A stretch of DNA of 64,000 nucleotides from Selaginella moellendorffii (taxonomy: Eukaryota; Plantae; Lycopodiophyta). The notes under the pieces were generated by a model. The model was not told the DNA's origin. It did not search any database and saw nothing but the letters and a program-made list of their open reading frames with translations. Made by a program: the position numbers and the translations under genes. The stretch lies in the NCBI RefSeq assembly GCF_000143415.4, contig NW_003314327.1:733403-797402 (forward strand). The letters are read 5' to 3'. Shown piece after piece: positions 11,436 through 25,426 of this stretch; the stretch's first letter is position 1, and each line of letters starts with the position of its first letter.

Positions 11436-14400
11436 CAATGAGATTTATTATACAACCAGATGGACTCAGTCTAGACACAAAGTCACCGCGCTAGTCACCA
11501 TGCCCCAGATATGTCTAGCCCCTGGACAAAAAACATATAATTTCACGTCATTTTCAAATACTTGAAAATTTGTACCTAGTCCCATTTTACTGAATAAATC
11601 CCACTTTAACGAAATAGAGCTTTATACTCTTTGATTCTTATGATTCAGTTTTATCCTTTTATTTTTATTTTTTATTTTTACACGTTCCTTTCGGTATTCT
11701 CATTCAGACTAGAAGGGTAACTTTACACTTTCTATCATGCCTTAGTAAATATTTTTAGGGATGAACTTATTCAATGGCTTAGGGAGTGGTTCCTCAATTT
11801 ATATATATTTATTTTGTAATTCTATACATCAAAATTAACATCACTATTCATGGGTCCTTATATACCCATTGTTAACTGTACCAATATCTTTTTGTTTTTA
11901 TCTACTTTGGATAGTTAGACTTACTCTATTTTTAGCTTTTGCACCCTTGGATATTAGATAGCACCTTTTATGCATTTTTCTTTAAAAACTTAGTCACTGG
12001 TGCTTTATTTAATGCCTTTATGATCCCAAACACCACTTCTTGGGTGTTTTAGAGTGATTAGGGGTCTTAATAATGGACTTCTTTAACAATGAGCATTTAT
12101 TTTTATGACATTGACTTAGTATATTACAATATAAGCAATTTATCCTTTATGGGATATATTAAACTTCCTTCTTATCAAAACAAAAAGTCTTGGGAAGTCA
12201 ACTTTCACCAATGTAATTAATGATACCATGCCTTTTGCTTAGTTGACTCATAGTCATCAAGTCCTATAACTCATTATTGATATTTCCACACCTCCATTAT
12301 TATTTGGGTCAACGCACTTGAATTGCAATCTTTCCAACTTAAGTTATGCCAATCCTGTTCCCATGGGATTCCTTTAGCAAAGGGTTTTTATGAACCAAAC
12401 ATATCTCTTGAAACATTTGGCATCTTCACACTATTGGCTCTATATATTTACCCTCACAACACTTCCTACTCGTGTCTAAGTCTTGCCAAGATCATAGTAA
12501 TCATTTTTTATGCCAACTATCAATTAGCATTACACCACAATGTTCACATATAACTTTTCACCAAAGTTGCTTTCTTCTATGAACACCTTTTCCACAACTA
12601 TAGTAGGGCATATTCTGCCATGAATAAGATACCCATTGTTTTTATATTTGGATCTTATAATCCTCTTAATCCTTTGTAAGGTACAACACATCTCAATCCA
12701 AACATATTTCTACTAATCCTTTGAAACCATTCCTTAACTCCATTGAGTCATTTAGATTTTGGACTTTATTAATCTGACGACTCGTAAGGTTCTAGCCTCA
12801 TGACTATTTTTAAAGTGCCATCTTACTAGAATACAACTTTTTGTATTCATGTCCTACTCATAAAGACCATCTTTGCAAGTGTTACTTCGACACTTAATTA
12901 TTCTTTGTACCATATAAGTTATTTTTGCCCCTTGCAACTATATTTCTATATGATGAGAATATCATCTTATCCTCTAAGTACACCCCTAACTCCTTGCATT
13001 GTTCCAATATTTCTTAGAGGTAGCTTTAGATACCCTTTCAAGGATATATATCCTTGTCTATATTTGACCTCCTACGGTCTAACTCTAGTCTTTAATTCCT
13101 GAGCACCATCCTCAACTATATAAGGGTAATCTTATAACTTTTTTATCATCTAGGAGTTTCTATCATTTCTATAATCCTAATTGTAGTTGTTTATCACAAC
13201 CATATTTTTAAAGTCAAATGTTTATATGAATTACATCCTCAACTCTCTAAGAAAAACTTTTTAATGTTCTTAAGGTCCCAAAGTCGTTCCCTTATGAGCC
13301 CCTTTCTATCCACCACATTTAGCATATCACATGGGGACGTTCAATGTAGTAGAGCCTTTTGTTAACATATGATAGACTAAGGGATCTATTGAGAGTTGCT
13401 TGGGTAGAGAACAAATTTTTATGGAGGTCTTATGAAAAAAGAAATATTGCTAATCTTTTGTATAACAAGGTTACTATTGTGCAATCGTAAGAAGTCCCTT
13501 TACTCCTCAAGATCTACATATATAAGATTGTATCACTTGACACTTGTTGACATGTTCTAATACCTCACAGCAAGATTACACTCATTTATCCAAAGTGTTT
13601 CAAAGTAAAAGAGATGCAAAGGGTATGCAAGCTGTGATGCGCCTTCAAGAGAATGACTTGGCCACTGACTTCGAAGGTTTTACCTTGGAATACAATGAGA
13701 AATATGTTTTGATAAGCAACTTTGCTTCATCTATCTTTGTGATTGTTTTCACATTGATTTTGTAGGCCTAGGATAAGGAGCTTGGTGAGGAGGTTAAAAG
13801 CTCGATTGTGGATTAAATAACATATTCTAATTGTAGTTTTGAGTTGTTTCTAAAAGCGATTCCAAAGATGAAGTGCATATTTAGAATGATGAGATCAACT
13901 TTAACTCATACAAAGGTACTAAGCACTATATGTTCTATGTTTTTCCAACTCGTAATATGTTTCTTATCTATTTATAATTGTGCAAAGAGCAAGGTTGCCT
14001 CCTTTGGATGAATTAGTGTTGACTACATGTATGCAAGGTGACCTCCTTGAGCTTCAGAAATGGCCGGACTTGAAACGCAAATAGTATTAAATGACAAATA
14101 CTTAGTTGGAGATTCTTTATATAAAGGATGAAATACATGGATTGTCATTAAAGTGGAGAGTCATGCCTTCTCAATATGCTACTCCTTGAAGATAGGCCCA
14201 CTTCTAAGACTTCCTGATGTTAATACAAGTGGTGATAAGAGTTAGACTAAGAAATAACTCTAATACCAAGTTATAAGTGACTAAATTTTTCATTCTACTT
14301 TAGTCACTTAACAACACCTTTGACCACTTGGAAGAGTTTCACTCACGACCTTTATAAGTCGTATTTCTAACTTAGGGATGTGCTAACTCCGTGAATAGCA

Positions 14401-17400
14401 TTTGTGCCACTCAGCCTTTGCATTTATTCCAAGTGCTCCACATGTCCAATCTCACAAAGACACCCAAAGGTACTATTAACATGTCAACCCATTATGCTAA
14501 GGCCATGTCTATTCACTTTTGTCACATCAATAGTCCAAAACCATATATATCATAGTCTCATCTCCCAAATATTAAGCCATCTATCCATAAGTGGTCATCC
14601 CTTATCCCTTGACCACACCTTAGCACCCTTAGGATGCCTAGAAATATGGGGAACGCCCTTCCCTAATATCCCTTCTTCAGTCCTCACTAAGCCCTACTCT
14701 GTCCATAGCAATGCTTGCCATTGAGTCAGGGCCTGAAGGCCTGAACACGAAGTCTCATTGACCTCTAAGACTTCCTCACCACGTGACCATGCCCTTAGTG
14801 TAGCGCACGTGGTTTTTACCCTTTATCCTATGGTGATTTACCATAGAATAACACTACAAAGCGGAACCTAAACCCTCTTTCTGCCATGTGTCATATGCCA
14901 TGTGTCCAAAGGACAGTGGTGCGGAACCCGAGGTTCAAGGCCTTAAGCCACTAAACAAATGAACGGTGCCAAACTCCCAAGCATGGAGCCAAGGATGATG
15001 GAACCGGACCATGGAGCAACTCCTAAGCATACAGCCCAAGGAGTGAAGGGACAGGAGCCCGGAGAGACTTGGAATAGTCCTAGAGAAACCAGCATCCCAT
15101 TGCCAAGACCAACACGCAAAACGGAGCCAAACGGAGTCTGGTGCTATTTCGGCATACCGGTGGCCTAACGCAAGGACATGGGTACTCCACTAGCTAGCAT
15201 GGAATGGAACTTAGGCTTAAACCCAAGCCAGACGCAAAATAAAGACAGGCACGCAAGCAGGAGCTAGACTATGCCTCAAGTTGGTCGGCCATACCCGACC
15301 TACCCACTATCCTTACTATACATTTGGAACCCCCCACAGCCGCCCCCCCCCCCCCCCCCTTGAGAAACACACGCTTTGGGCTTTCACCCCAAGCCTCCCT
15401 TAGTATCAGGAGTTAGTCTTTGGGACAAGTTCAAAACTTATTAAATATGGAATGTCCCTAGATTGTGAATTTGGACACGGGACGAACACCATTGTGTTCA
15501 GGACGATCTCTACATTCCGTAAATATGCCAAATGAGCAAATCTGGACACTTTCCATAAATAGCATTTGAGACCGAAATGAGACCAACACAAAGGGCATGA
15601 TAGCAAGGGTGTTTGGCCGACACGGTAAGCTATCATTCAGCGATATTGAGGGACTAGTCTCAATACGCGAGGGTTCTTGTCAAGCCAGTGCAAGACAGAG
15701 CAAAAGAGAACTAAAAAGCCGGGCCAAGTATGTTTGGTTAAATAGACACTTAGGAATTCCGTCTTTATGTTCATCCGGCCAAGTACAGATGCAAAGTCCA
15801 GTTTACGAACACTTGAACAAGAGGGACTGATAAAGGGTCTAGCAATACTGACCTCCTGCCATCGTGGCAGTAAGGTAAGAGTGTCCGTAAGGATTAGCCG
15901 ACAGGTAACTTTCGATACCCGAAGTCACATTCGCGACACTCTCCCCCCCTAGGGAAGATCGACGTCCTCGTCGATGCATACTCGAGTCTAGAATACCGCC
16001 AAGGAAACAACTCCAGAAAAAGTTCACGATATTCACACTATGTGAGAAATGCACCAACTTAAATGAGTTAGGAGGTTGTCTAACGCGGATGCGCTACCAG
16101 CTCAGACACCTTCCGGCCATCACCGACAAGGAAATGACCAACGGAGTCAACCACCCTTGTTGCTCTGGGAGTCACCCAGCTTACAAAAGTGTGATATGCT
16201 CCTGCCTACAGGTACATAGAGAGAGAAGAAAAAGGCCTCAGCCCTCCTGAGCAAAGAAATCAAACCCGTCGGTAATAGACTACTGTAAACAGGTAGTTAG
16301 AGTTGTTTACACGGTCACGCCCTTGTAACGGAATAAGGAACATCGACAAAGAGGCGGGTTATGTGACCAGTCTACAGTAGCTACCCCATGACTAGAGATT
16401 TCACCATGCACATGAAGTGTTAAAGCCAATTTGCCTATATTGGCCCAAACGTCAAAGATCAATAGATGGACAATATCAAAGTCATAAACAATGATATCGT
16501 AGAGACTTAATTATTAGTGAACATATTGTAGATTAGAACACAAAAGTATTCCAAATAAGTTATCATCTGATAAACTAGTATTATAGTAGACAAGAGCCAC
16601 CAAGATCATCATAATTGGTAAACACAGAAATCACCATCCAACAAAATTCAATAGTAAGTATATCATCAAGGAAACTCAATGATGAGACTTAACTACTGAA
16701 GATGGTAGACAGTATGCCAAACAACTTACTAAAGAGAACTCAAAAACACAAAGTATCATTGACTGACAAACACAATGCTCGCGAATGTATCACCCAAAGG
16801 AAATATCATCCAACCTATCAGAACGAACTCAAGCAATAATCAACAGAATAGAATGAATGCGGTAAGACCAATAAACACCCATTCATGCCAACTATCATAG
16901 AAGCCAATCTGAACAGATCCCGGTCAACAATGCCAAGGAACTAAAGTTGCTCAAGCAAGCATCGGCAACATCCTATCGATGTCTCAAACCCAAGAGACCA
17001 ATTCAGAGCAAACCACAAAGAAATATGTGGTATTGCGAAAAGCCAAAAGCTATCAAAGAGAACAACTAACCATTATGAAAGATTATCAATCATCCCATCA
17101 ATAAAGAGATGCATAATCATCATTGAAGAAAGAATTTAACATTTCGAAGAATAGCAAATCATTCTATATCAACAACAATCAAGCAAAACCTTTGATAAGG
17201 ATAATCAACTATCTTAGATGATAGTCAATCATCAACAATGATTGCCAAAATGCAAATATTAACTTCAACATCGAAGCTAACAAGCCAAAATGCCTTCCCC
17301 AACAACTTCTAACAAATGGACCACAAGCACAAAAACTCAAGGAACCAAAAGTTCGAAGAAGCCTATACCTAAGTCTTACTTAACAACAATCATGAGTCTT

Positions 17401-18065
17401 GTATAGACTAACTTCAATGCTAAAGAAGAAATCATGGTATAACCCACAATATCCTCCTTAATACATCCAAAAGCTAAACTTCATAATGCAAAGCTAATGA
17501 AGAGCACAGCTGCATCAATCAAAAGCTAAGCATAATGGAGCTATGCTCAACAAGTGATCACTAAACGATCCTCCATGAATCCATCTATAGCAAGACGTAA
17601 CTCACTTCATAACAAGCACAAGAAGAATCATTAATGATCGATATATTCCAACTCAAACCCAATAAAGATTCAAACTTTCCAAATTGATCACTAACTCTTC
17701 CGCTTGTAGAGTTAGTATAACCCACGACTAAATCACTTTTCAAGGAAAAGCCAAAGCTCAACCCCTACTAAATAATCTCGTCTAAAACACAACTAACTCA
17801 AACTTGCCACTCAGTTCATTTGAACGTCAACATAGTTGCTAACTAGCAAATGCGCGAATGCTAATAACACAAAGCTACAACCAAATCATCAACACTATCT
17901 CTATCGAGACCAATAAAACTCAATATCAATCTTAAGGAGAGACATTTCATTTCACTTGAATCTCAACATTAATAATGTTAATGACAAGGCATCACTTCAA
18001 TGCCATTATCACCATAACAAAGCTAGAAGAAAATAAGAGTGAATCACCACCCAAAGCTCTCTAGC

Positions 18066-21000
18066 TGTAGCGCACCTGAATTTGGAGCCGAACTCCAAGC
18101 CCGTTGCACTACTAAACGAGGGTCCGGTACAATCCCACGAGCACCAGCTCCTCGTATCCAGCACCTGCACGCAAAATGGTGTCAGACGGAGTCTGGCACA
18201 ATTTTGGTATACCGGTGGCCTAACGTGAGGAGGAGGGTACTCCACCGACTAGAGCAGCGTGGAGCTTGGGCTTAGACCCAAGCCGGACGCAGAACAAGGA
18301 GCGACACAGCCCAGCGGGAGCCAAACTAATGTCTCAGGTGGTCGGACATGCATTCCAACCACTATCCCTACTATACATTTGGAACCCCCCACAGCCCCCC
18401 CCCCCCCTTGAGGGACACACGCTTTGGGCTTTCACCCCAAGCCTCCCTTAGTACCAGGAGTTAGTCTCTGGGACAAGTTCGAAACTTACTAAATATGGAA
18501 TGTCCTTAGATTGCGAATTTGGACACGGGACGAACACCATTGTGTTCAGGCCGATCTCTACATTCCGTAGATATGCCAAATGAGCTAATCTAAACACCTT
18601 CCATAAATAGTATTCGGGACCGAAATGAGACCAACACAATGGGCGTGATAGCGAGGGTGTTTGGCAGACACGGTAAGCTATCATCCGGCGATATTGAGGG
18701 ACTAGTCTCAATACGCGAGGGTTCTTGCCAAACCAGTGCAAGACAGAGCAAAAGAGAACTAAAAAGCCGGGCCAAGTATGCTTGGCAAAATAGACACTTA
18801 GGAATTCCGTCCTTATGCTCATCCGGCCAAGTACAGATGCTAAGTCCAGTTTACTAACACTTGGACAAGAGGGGCCAATAAAGGGAACCAGCAGTACCGA
18901 CCTCCTGCCGTCATGGCAGTAAGGAAAGAGTGCCCGTAAGGACTGGTCGACAAGTATCTTTCGATACCCGAAGTCACATTCGCGACACTCTCCCCCCCTT
19001 GGGGAAGATCGACGTCCTCGTCGATGCATACCCGAGTCTAGCAAACCGTCAAGGAAACAACTCCGAAAGTTAACGGAAAGCACACTATGTGGGAAACGCA
19101 CCGACTTAAATGAGGTATGGAACGACCTCTCCTCTACGTCCAAAGATGTTAAGACTCAAACACCCTCCGGCCGTCACCGACAAGGAAATGACTAGCAAAG
19201 TTAGCCACCCTTGCTGCTCCGAGTACCACTCGGCTTACAAAGGAATGATACATCCCTGCCCGCAGGGACATAGGGAGAGGGCCAGGGGCCCAACTTCCCC
19301 TGAGCAAGAAATCTACCCCGTTGGGAAGATTTAGATAACTACTATAAACTGGCAGATTAAGTTGTTTACACGACCACGCCCCTTTTCGAAAATGAGTCAT
19401 CGAGAGAGAGGCGGGGACTTGTGATCAGTCTATAATAGTTATCCCCATGGTTATGGATTGGACCCATGCACCGAAGTGCCGAAGTCAGTCTGCCAAAACT
19501 GACCCAAGTACGAACGAATGAGAGGAATGACACTTTGATTTATAGAAATATATTACTTTATTAATTTGCAAGATTTATTACAAGGTTTTTACAAAACTAG
19601 TCTTTATGGCTATTCTCATATTCCGTGACAAGCTCACGGGCATGGGTAAGATTACTAAGGGGCTCCCAAGTTGATTCACAAGTTGGGTAACCTTTCCACT
19701 TAACTAGATACTCCCGACGTTTGGCACGTTTAAGCTAGCGCGAATCCAAAATAGCTTTGACTTCATACTCAGGTTCACCATCCACAACGTCTGGTGGTGG
19801 ACGAATCTCCCGTTGACGTGCAACATCCATAGTGTAAGGTGCCAATAAATTGGCATGAAATACATTATGAACATTGGACATCTCCGCAGGCAGATCCAAC
19901 CGATAGGATACATCACCAAGACGTTTTAACACCCGATAGGGCCCAACATATCTCGGCAAGAGCTTCCGAGACAAAGAACCCTTAATGTTCAAGTTTCGGG
20001 AAGATAGCCACACCTGATCTCCCACTTGATAAGATACATCCCGACGATGCTGATCCTTATCACGTCGATACCTATCCTGAGCTTTGCCCATCGCCTCAGT
20101 AGCTCTAGACCAACCTTGGCGTAGCTGCTCCGCATAAGTCTCAACGGCTGGAACCAACACTTCGGACATTGGTTTCGGTACAACAATCTGTTGAGGAACC
20201 CCACGAGCATTTCCTTGCAGCATCTCCCATGGAGAGCAGCCGATAGCGCTGTGAAATGTGTTGTTATAACATATTTCTGCTGTATCCAAATGCTCAACCC
20301 AGTCGCGTTGGTCCGCTGCGACATAGTACCGCAGATAATCCTCAACTTGAGCATTCACGCGTTCGGTCTGCCCATCAGTTTGAGGATGATAAGCCGTACT
20401 AAACTTCAACTTGGTACCAAACAACTGAAATAGGGTTCCCCAAAACTTCCCCGTAAACCTTGAATCTCTATCTGAGATCATTTCTTCAGGAAGACCACGA
20501 ACTCGCACTACTTCATGGAAAAAGAGCTTTGCTGCTTGTTTCGCATTTACTGTTCCCACAGTTGGAATGAAGTGTGCAATCTTCGACAACCGATTCACAA
20601 CCACCATCAAAGTATCATAACCCTTAGACTTCGGCAAGCAAGTGACGAAATCAAGTGTCACACTTTGAAATGGCCATGCCGGTGCTGGAATGCACTGCAA
20701 CTTTCCAGCCTGCTTCTCAGCTTTGCGCTTACATTGCTGGCATATAGGGCAGGAACGGACATAGTCCGCTACATCACCTTCCATACCAGACCAGAAAAAT
20801 CCCTTTTTCAATGAAGCTAGCGTCTTTCGCTGTCCACCATGTCCCACTGCTGGAACATCATGATGTTCCCGCAAAAATAACTGCTGCAGATCCTTAGAGG
20901 GAAGATACAATCTTTCTTGCTTATAGAATATAAGCCCATCCCGAACTGAGAAGTGAAGCTTCGCATTAGTGCGACTAGCAACTTTTGCTGCTTCGCTACC

Positions 21001-24000
21001 AGGGCTCTGCTTCAACAACCCCGCACGGCATAAGATTGCCTTCGCCAATGGATCACTTCCATACGAAGCTCGAACGTCTTCTAACCAGTCTGAACTTATT
21101 GCCGACATTGTCCGGAATTGAGCCTGACGACTTAACGCATCCGGAACAATATTGTCCTTACCAGGTTTATATATGATTTCAATATCATATCTAGCTAGCT
21201 TCTCTTGCCAACGAGCCTGCTTTGGCGTAAGCTTAGGCTGCGTAGCAAAGTAGCTTAGTGTGTTACTATCTGTATAAACCTTGGTGTGTCCACCCAAGTA
21301 GTGTCTCCAGTGTTCCAGGGCCGACACTATAGCAAACATCTCTTTCTCATGCGTTGGCCATCTTCGTTGGGTTTCATCCAATTTCTTGGAATAGAACGCA
21401 ACGGGACAACCATGTCGCCTTAGCGTAACACCAACGGCTTTGTCACAATCTTGCTGTAACACGGCACCAATAGCATAACCAGATGCATCACAATGCACTT
21501 CGAAGGGTTTATCAAGATCCGGGATCCTGAGAACAGGAACCGTAGTCAAGATCTCCTTCAATCGTACAAAAGCACGCTGACAAGCTAGTGTCCAATGAAA
21601 CGGAATATTACTCTTCGTCAACTCAGTCAACGGAAGAGCAATTCTTGCAAAATTGCAGACAAACTTGCGATAGTATCCCGCCAAACCGAGAAAGGAACGA
21701 ACATCTGATACAGTGGTCGGGACTTCCCAGGACTTCACCGCTTCCACCTTCTTTGGATCGACTTCAATCACGCCACCACCAACTATATGTCCGAGAAAGT
21801 TTACGCGCAATTGACCAAAAGCGCATTTACTTTCCTTAGCATACAGTTTGTGTTCGCGCAACTTCTGAAACACCAGCTCCAAGTGTTTCAAATGATCCTC
21901 CAACGTCTCGCTGAAGACTAGAACATCGTCGATGTATAGGACAACAAATGCGTCCAAATAATCTCCGAATATTCTATCCATCATAGTGCTGAACGTTGCT
22001 GGAGCATTGCATAACCCGAATGGCATGACAAGGAACTCGTAAGATCCGTACCGAGTCTTAAAGGCTGTCTTCTCCACATCCTGATCCGCCACCCGTATCT
22101 GATGATACCCGGACCGCAAATCAAGTCGCGTAAAATACTTAGCCTTTAAGAGTTGGTCAAACAAGTCATCAATGCGAGGCAAAGGATAACTGTTCTTGAT
22201 CGTGATCTTATTGAGTGCCTGATAGTCAATACACATCCTCATGGTTCCATCCTTTTTCATAACAAAAAGGATTGGTGCTCCATAAGGTGACTTGCTGGGT
22301 CAGATATGACCTTTGTCAAGTAGCTCCGTGAGTTGCTTATTGAGTTCAGCCATCTCCTTGATGTTCAACCGATACGGAGCTTTCGTAGGTGGTTTAGAAC
22401 CCGGAATAACCTCAATCCGATGATCAACCTCACGGCTAGGGGGTAGCCCTGGTGGCAAATCCTTCGGGAAGATATCCTGATTCCGCGCCAACAACTCCAA
22501 TATCTTCTTTGGTACAGGATCCACCCCGTCGCCAATTCGAACAGAGTCACCCACCCTCTCAGCTTCCATCACTTGAACCCAAAAGGTCCGACATCCCCTC
22601 TTAGTTGCTTTTTGAGCGGCCCTCGCAGTCAGGAACTTTCCATCCCAATCCTTTGAGGAACACTTTTGCAACTGGAAGGACACATCGGGTCGTCCTTCGG
22701 ACTTCAACGTGATACGACTTTGTCCAGCACCATAAATCCCTTTTATATACTTGTTGAAGAAATCCATACCAAACACCATCTGAAAATCTGGTATCTTCAA
22801 CACTACCAAGTCCACTCTTTCTTTCCACTTGGATATCTTTATTGGAACATCACTCACAAACTTTCTGGCTACTTGCCCACCTTCCGCAAACCGGAAGTGC
22901 ATAGGCGACATTTGCTCAGCATTCAATCCTAACAACTTAACTAAGTCTTCGGATATCACGCTGTGCGTAGCTCCCATGTCAATCATCACTCGGATTCGGT
23001 GTCCACGGACAAAGCCTACCAGATACATCAACGGATCAGTATTTGCATTGACTGTAAGAAAAGCTTGAGGAAAGCAACGAAAGTTACTCACCTCTTGCTC
23101 CTCATAGTCTGCATTGACCAACTCGTCAACCCCTTCAGCTTCATCACCACCGTCTTCCCTCATGACATTAACTCGAGACCTTGTCTTATGCTTGTTGGGA
23201 CAATCCGAGGACCTATGTCTCGACTCTCCACAATGGAAGCAATGACCCACACTACCCGTTCCGCTAGGAGCAAGTTTTGCAGGTTGCTGCTGCTTGTACC
23301 CACCAGGAGGAGGAACAGAGGGCCTAGGACCAGAAGAAGCTGCTGGTGGTCTCCAACCACCACCACCTTTGTTAACCGTTGCTTGTGAGCCTCCAGGGCG
23401 GAACCTACTTTCCACCCTCTGTTTCCGATCACCTTGTTTATTCCCAGAATTCCTATTCTTGTCCGAGTTACCAGCATACGGTTGCTGATATTGTTCCATG
23501 AGTGAGTGACTAAAGGCAACTTGCTGCGCTGCCTCCTTACACTCCAGATACGTCTTCGGCTTAAACTTCAAAATCTCATTGCGAGAAAGTGAATTTAAAC
23601 CCTCCAGAAAATAACTCCGAGCATCTTCGTCACTCATATTTGCAATCATAATGCGCTTCTGAGCAAACGCATTAACGTAATGCATGAGATCACCTCGCTG
23701 CTTTAACCGCCGCAGCTCCGCGCGAAGTCTCAGACCAAGATCATCTGGCAAGTATTCCTTACGGATACGAGACCGCATCTTGGTCCAACTTCTAGTCTGC
23801 CCTTTTTCAGCACACACTTGGCGCCACCAAGTTTTGGCATGATCGGTGAGAAAGGATTGCGCGCACGCAACTTTCGTACGATCATCTACGTCTGTTGCTA
23901 TGAAGTAGTTCTCCATATCGTAGACCCAGTCTTCCAAAACCTGATAGTCCCGCATGCCTCTGAAGTTGGGTGGTTTCGGAGGCTTGAACTTTGAAACTCG

Positions 24001-25426
24001 TGCAATCGGGGGCGGTTGCAGAACTTCTTCGTCCTCAGAACTTGAAGAGGAGTCTGGTTGCTTAGGCTTAGCTGGTTTAGCTGCCTCAGCTTCTTTCTTC
24101 CTCTTCTTGTTCTCCTTCTTCAATTTGCGAATCTCCTTTCGCAAATTCTCGATCTCGACTTCCTGAGCCGTACGCTGCAACGCCGCAGCATTTGGCTCTT
24201 CCTCTTCCGACTCAGCCTCTGCCTCTACCGCAGCATCTCTAGCAGGACTTTCCTCCTCTCGATTTGCCCGTCTAGAGGTTTCAGCGTCATCAGCACGGTT
24301 CCGTTTCACCATCCCGCTAGCTGCATACATGCCTCTATCAGTAACTGAACATGCATACAACGTTCTTACCGAATGGTGCAATCCAACTAATCCTACACAG
24401 GTCACTTCGGATCTACTAGAAAAGTCTCTGCGTATGCAACTTGAGTCAGAAAATCTGACAAAAGTTGGATAGGAATCGCTGAGACAATTCCTCTGATACC
24501 AAATGTAGCGCACCTGAATTTGGAGCCGAACTCCAAGCCCGTTGCGCTACTAAACGAGGGTCCGGTACAATCCCACGAGCACCAGCTCCTCGTATCCAGC
24601 ACCTGCACGCAAAATGGTGTCAGACGGAGTCTGGCACAATTTTGGCATACCGGTGGCCTAACGTGAGGAGGAGGGTACTCCACCGACTAGAGCAGCGTGG
24701 AGCTTGGGCTTAGACCCAAGCCGGACGCAGAACAAGGAGCGACACAACCCAGCGGGAGCCAAACTAATGTCTCAGGTGGTCAGACATGCATTCCAACCAC
24801 TATCCCTACTATACATTTGGAACCCCCCACAGCCCCCCCCCCCCCCTTGAGGGACACACGCTTTGGGCTTTCACCCCAAGCCTCCCTTAGTACCAGGAGT
24901 TAGTCTCTGGGACAAGTTCGAAACTTACTAAATATGGAATGTCCTTAGATTGCGAATTTGGACACGGGACGAACACCATTGTGTTCAGGCCGATCTCTAC
25001 ATTCCGTAGATATGCCAAATGAGCTAATCTAGACACCTTCCATAAATAGTATTCGGGACCGAAATGAGACCAACACAATGGGCGTGATAGCGAGGGTGTT
25101 TGGCAGACACGGTAAGCTATCATCCGGCAATATTGAGGGACTAGTCTCAATACGCGAGGGTTCTTGCCAAACCAGTGCAAGACAGAGCAAAAGAGAACTA
25201 AAAAGCCGGGCCAAGTATGCTTGGCAAAATAGACACTTAGGAATTTCGTCCTTATGCTCATCCGGCCAAGTACAGATGCTAAGTCCAGTTTACTAACACT
25301 TGGACAAGAGGGGCCAATAAAGGGAACCAGCAGTACCAACCTCCTGCCGTCATGGCAGTAAGGAAAGAGTGCCCGTAAGGACTGGTCGACAAGTATCTTT
25401 CGATACCCGAAGTCACATTCGCGACA
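18066..25426 (-). mobile_element. Young full-length Ty3/gypsy chromovirus C, TSD CTAGC
   Basis: Near-identical LTRs at 18066-18987 and 24504-25426. tRNA-iMet-type PBS TGGTATCAGAG (24491-24501, minus strand). PPT at 18988-19000. CTAGC on both flanks. Confidence 0.97.
19597..24330 (-). pseudogene. gag-pol polyprotein (gag, CCHC, protease, RT, RNase H, integrase, chromodomain) with 2 in-frame stops
   Basis: [38 protein letters not shown] and D,D-35-E motifs, and chromodomain EYLVKWKGYPTCESTWEP. Stops at 22300 (GHI*PSKSPY) and 19735. Confidence 0.95.

Larger units (their letters stand above)
6540..11622. mobile_element. 5.08-kb TIR DNA transposon (Sola-like?) with 24-bp perfect TIRs and TATA target-site duplication
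   Basis: AAGCTCTATTTCGTTAAAGTGGGA at 6540-6563 and its exact reverse complement at 11599-11622. TATA at 6536-6539 and 11623-11626. The flanks rejoin to match the uninterrupted B2 copy near 37065. Confidence 0.92.

Noticed and set aside
14799-15938. Retrozyme-type hammerhead ribozyme in the LTRs
   Set aside because: I found no CUGAnGA...GAAA core by eye; a covariance-model scan would be definitive.
18448-19143. 231-aa ORF and similar ORFs across LTRs
   Set aside because: They lie in LTR/UTR sequence, are broken in sibling LTRs and have no recognisable domain.
22290-22310. Programmed stop readthrough between gag and pol
   Set aside because: The TGA lies after the protease, at the Arg of the conserved GxIRPSxSPY motif; a CGA>TGA mutation is simpler.
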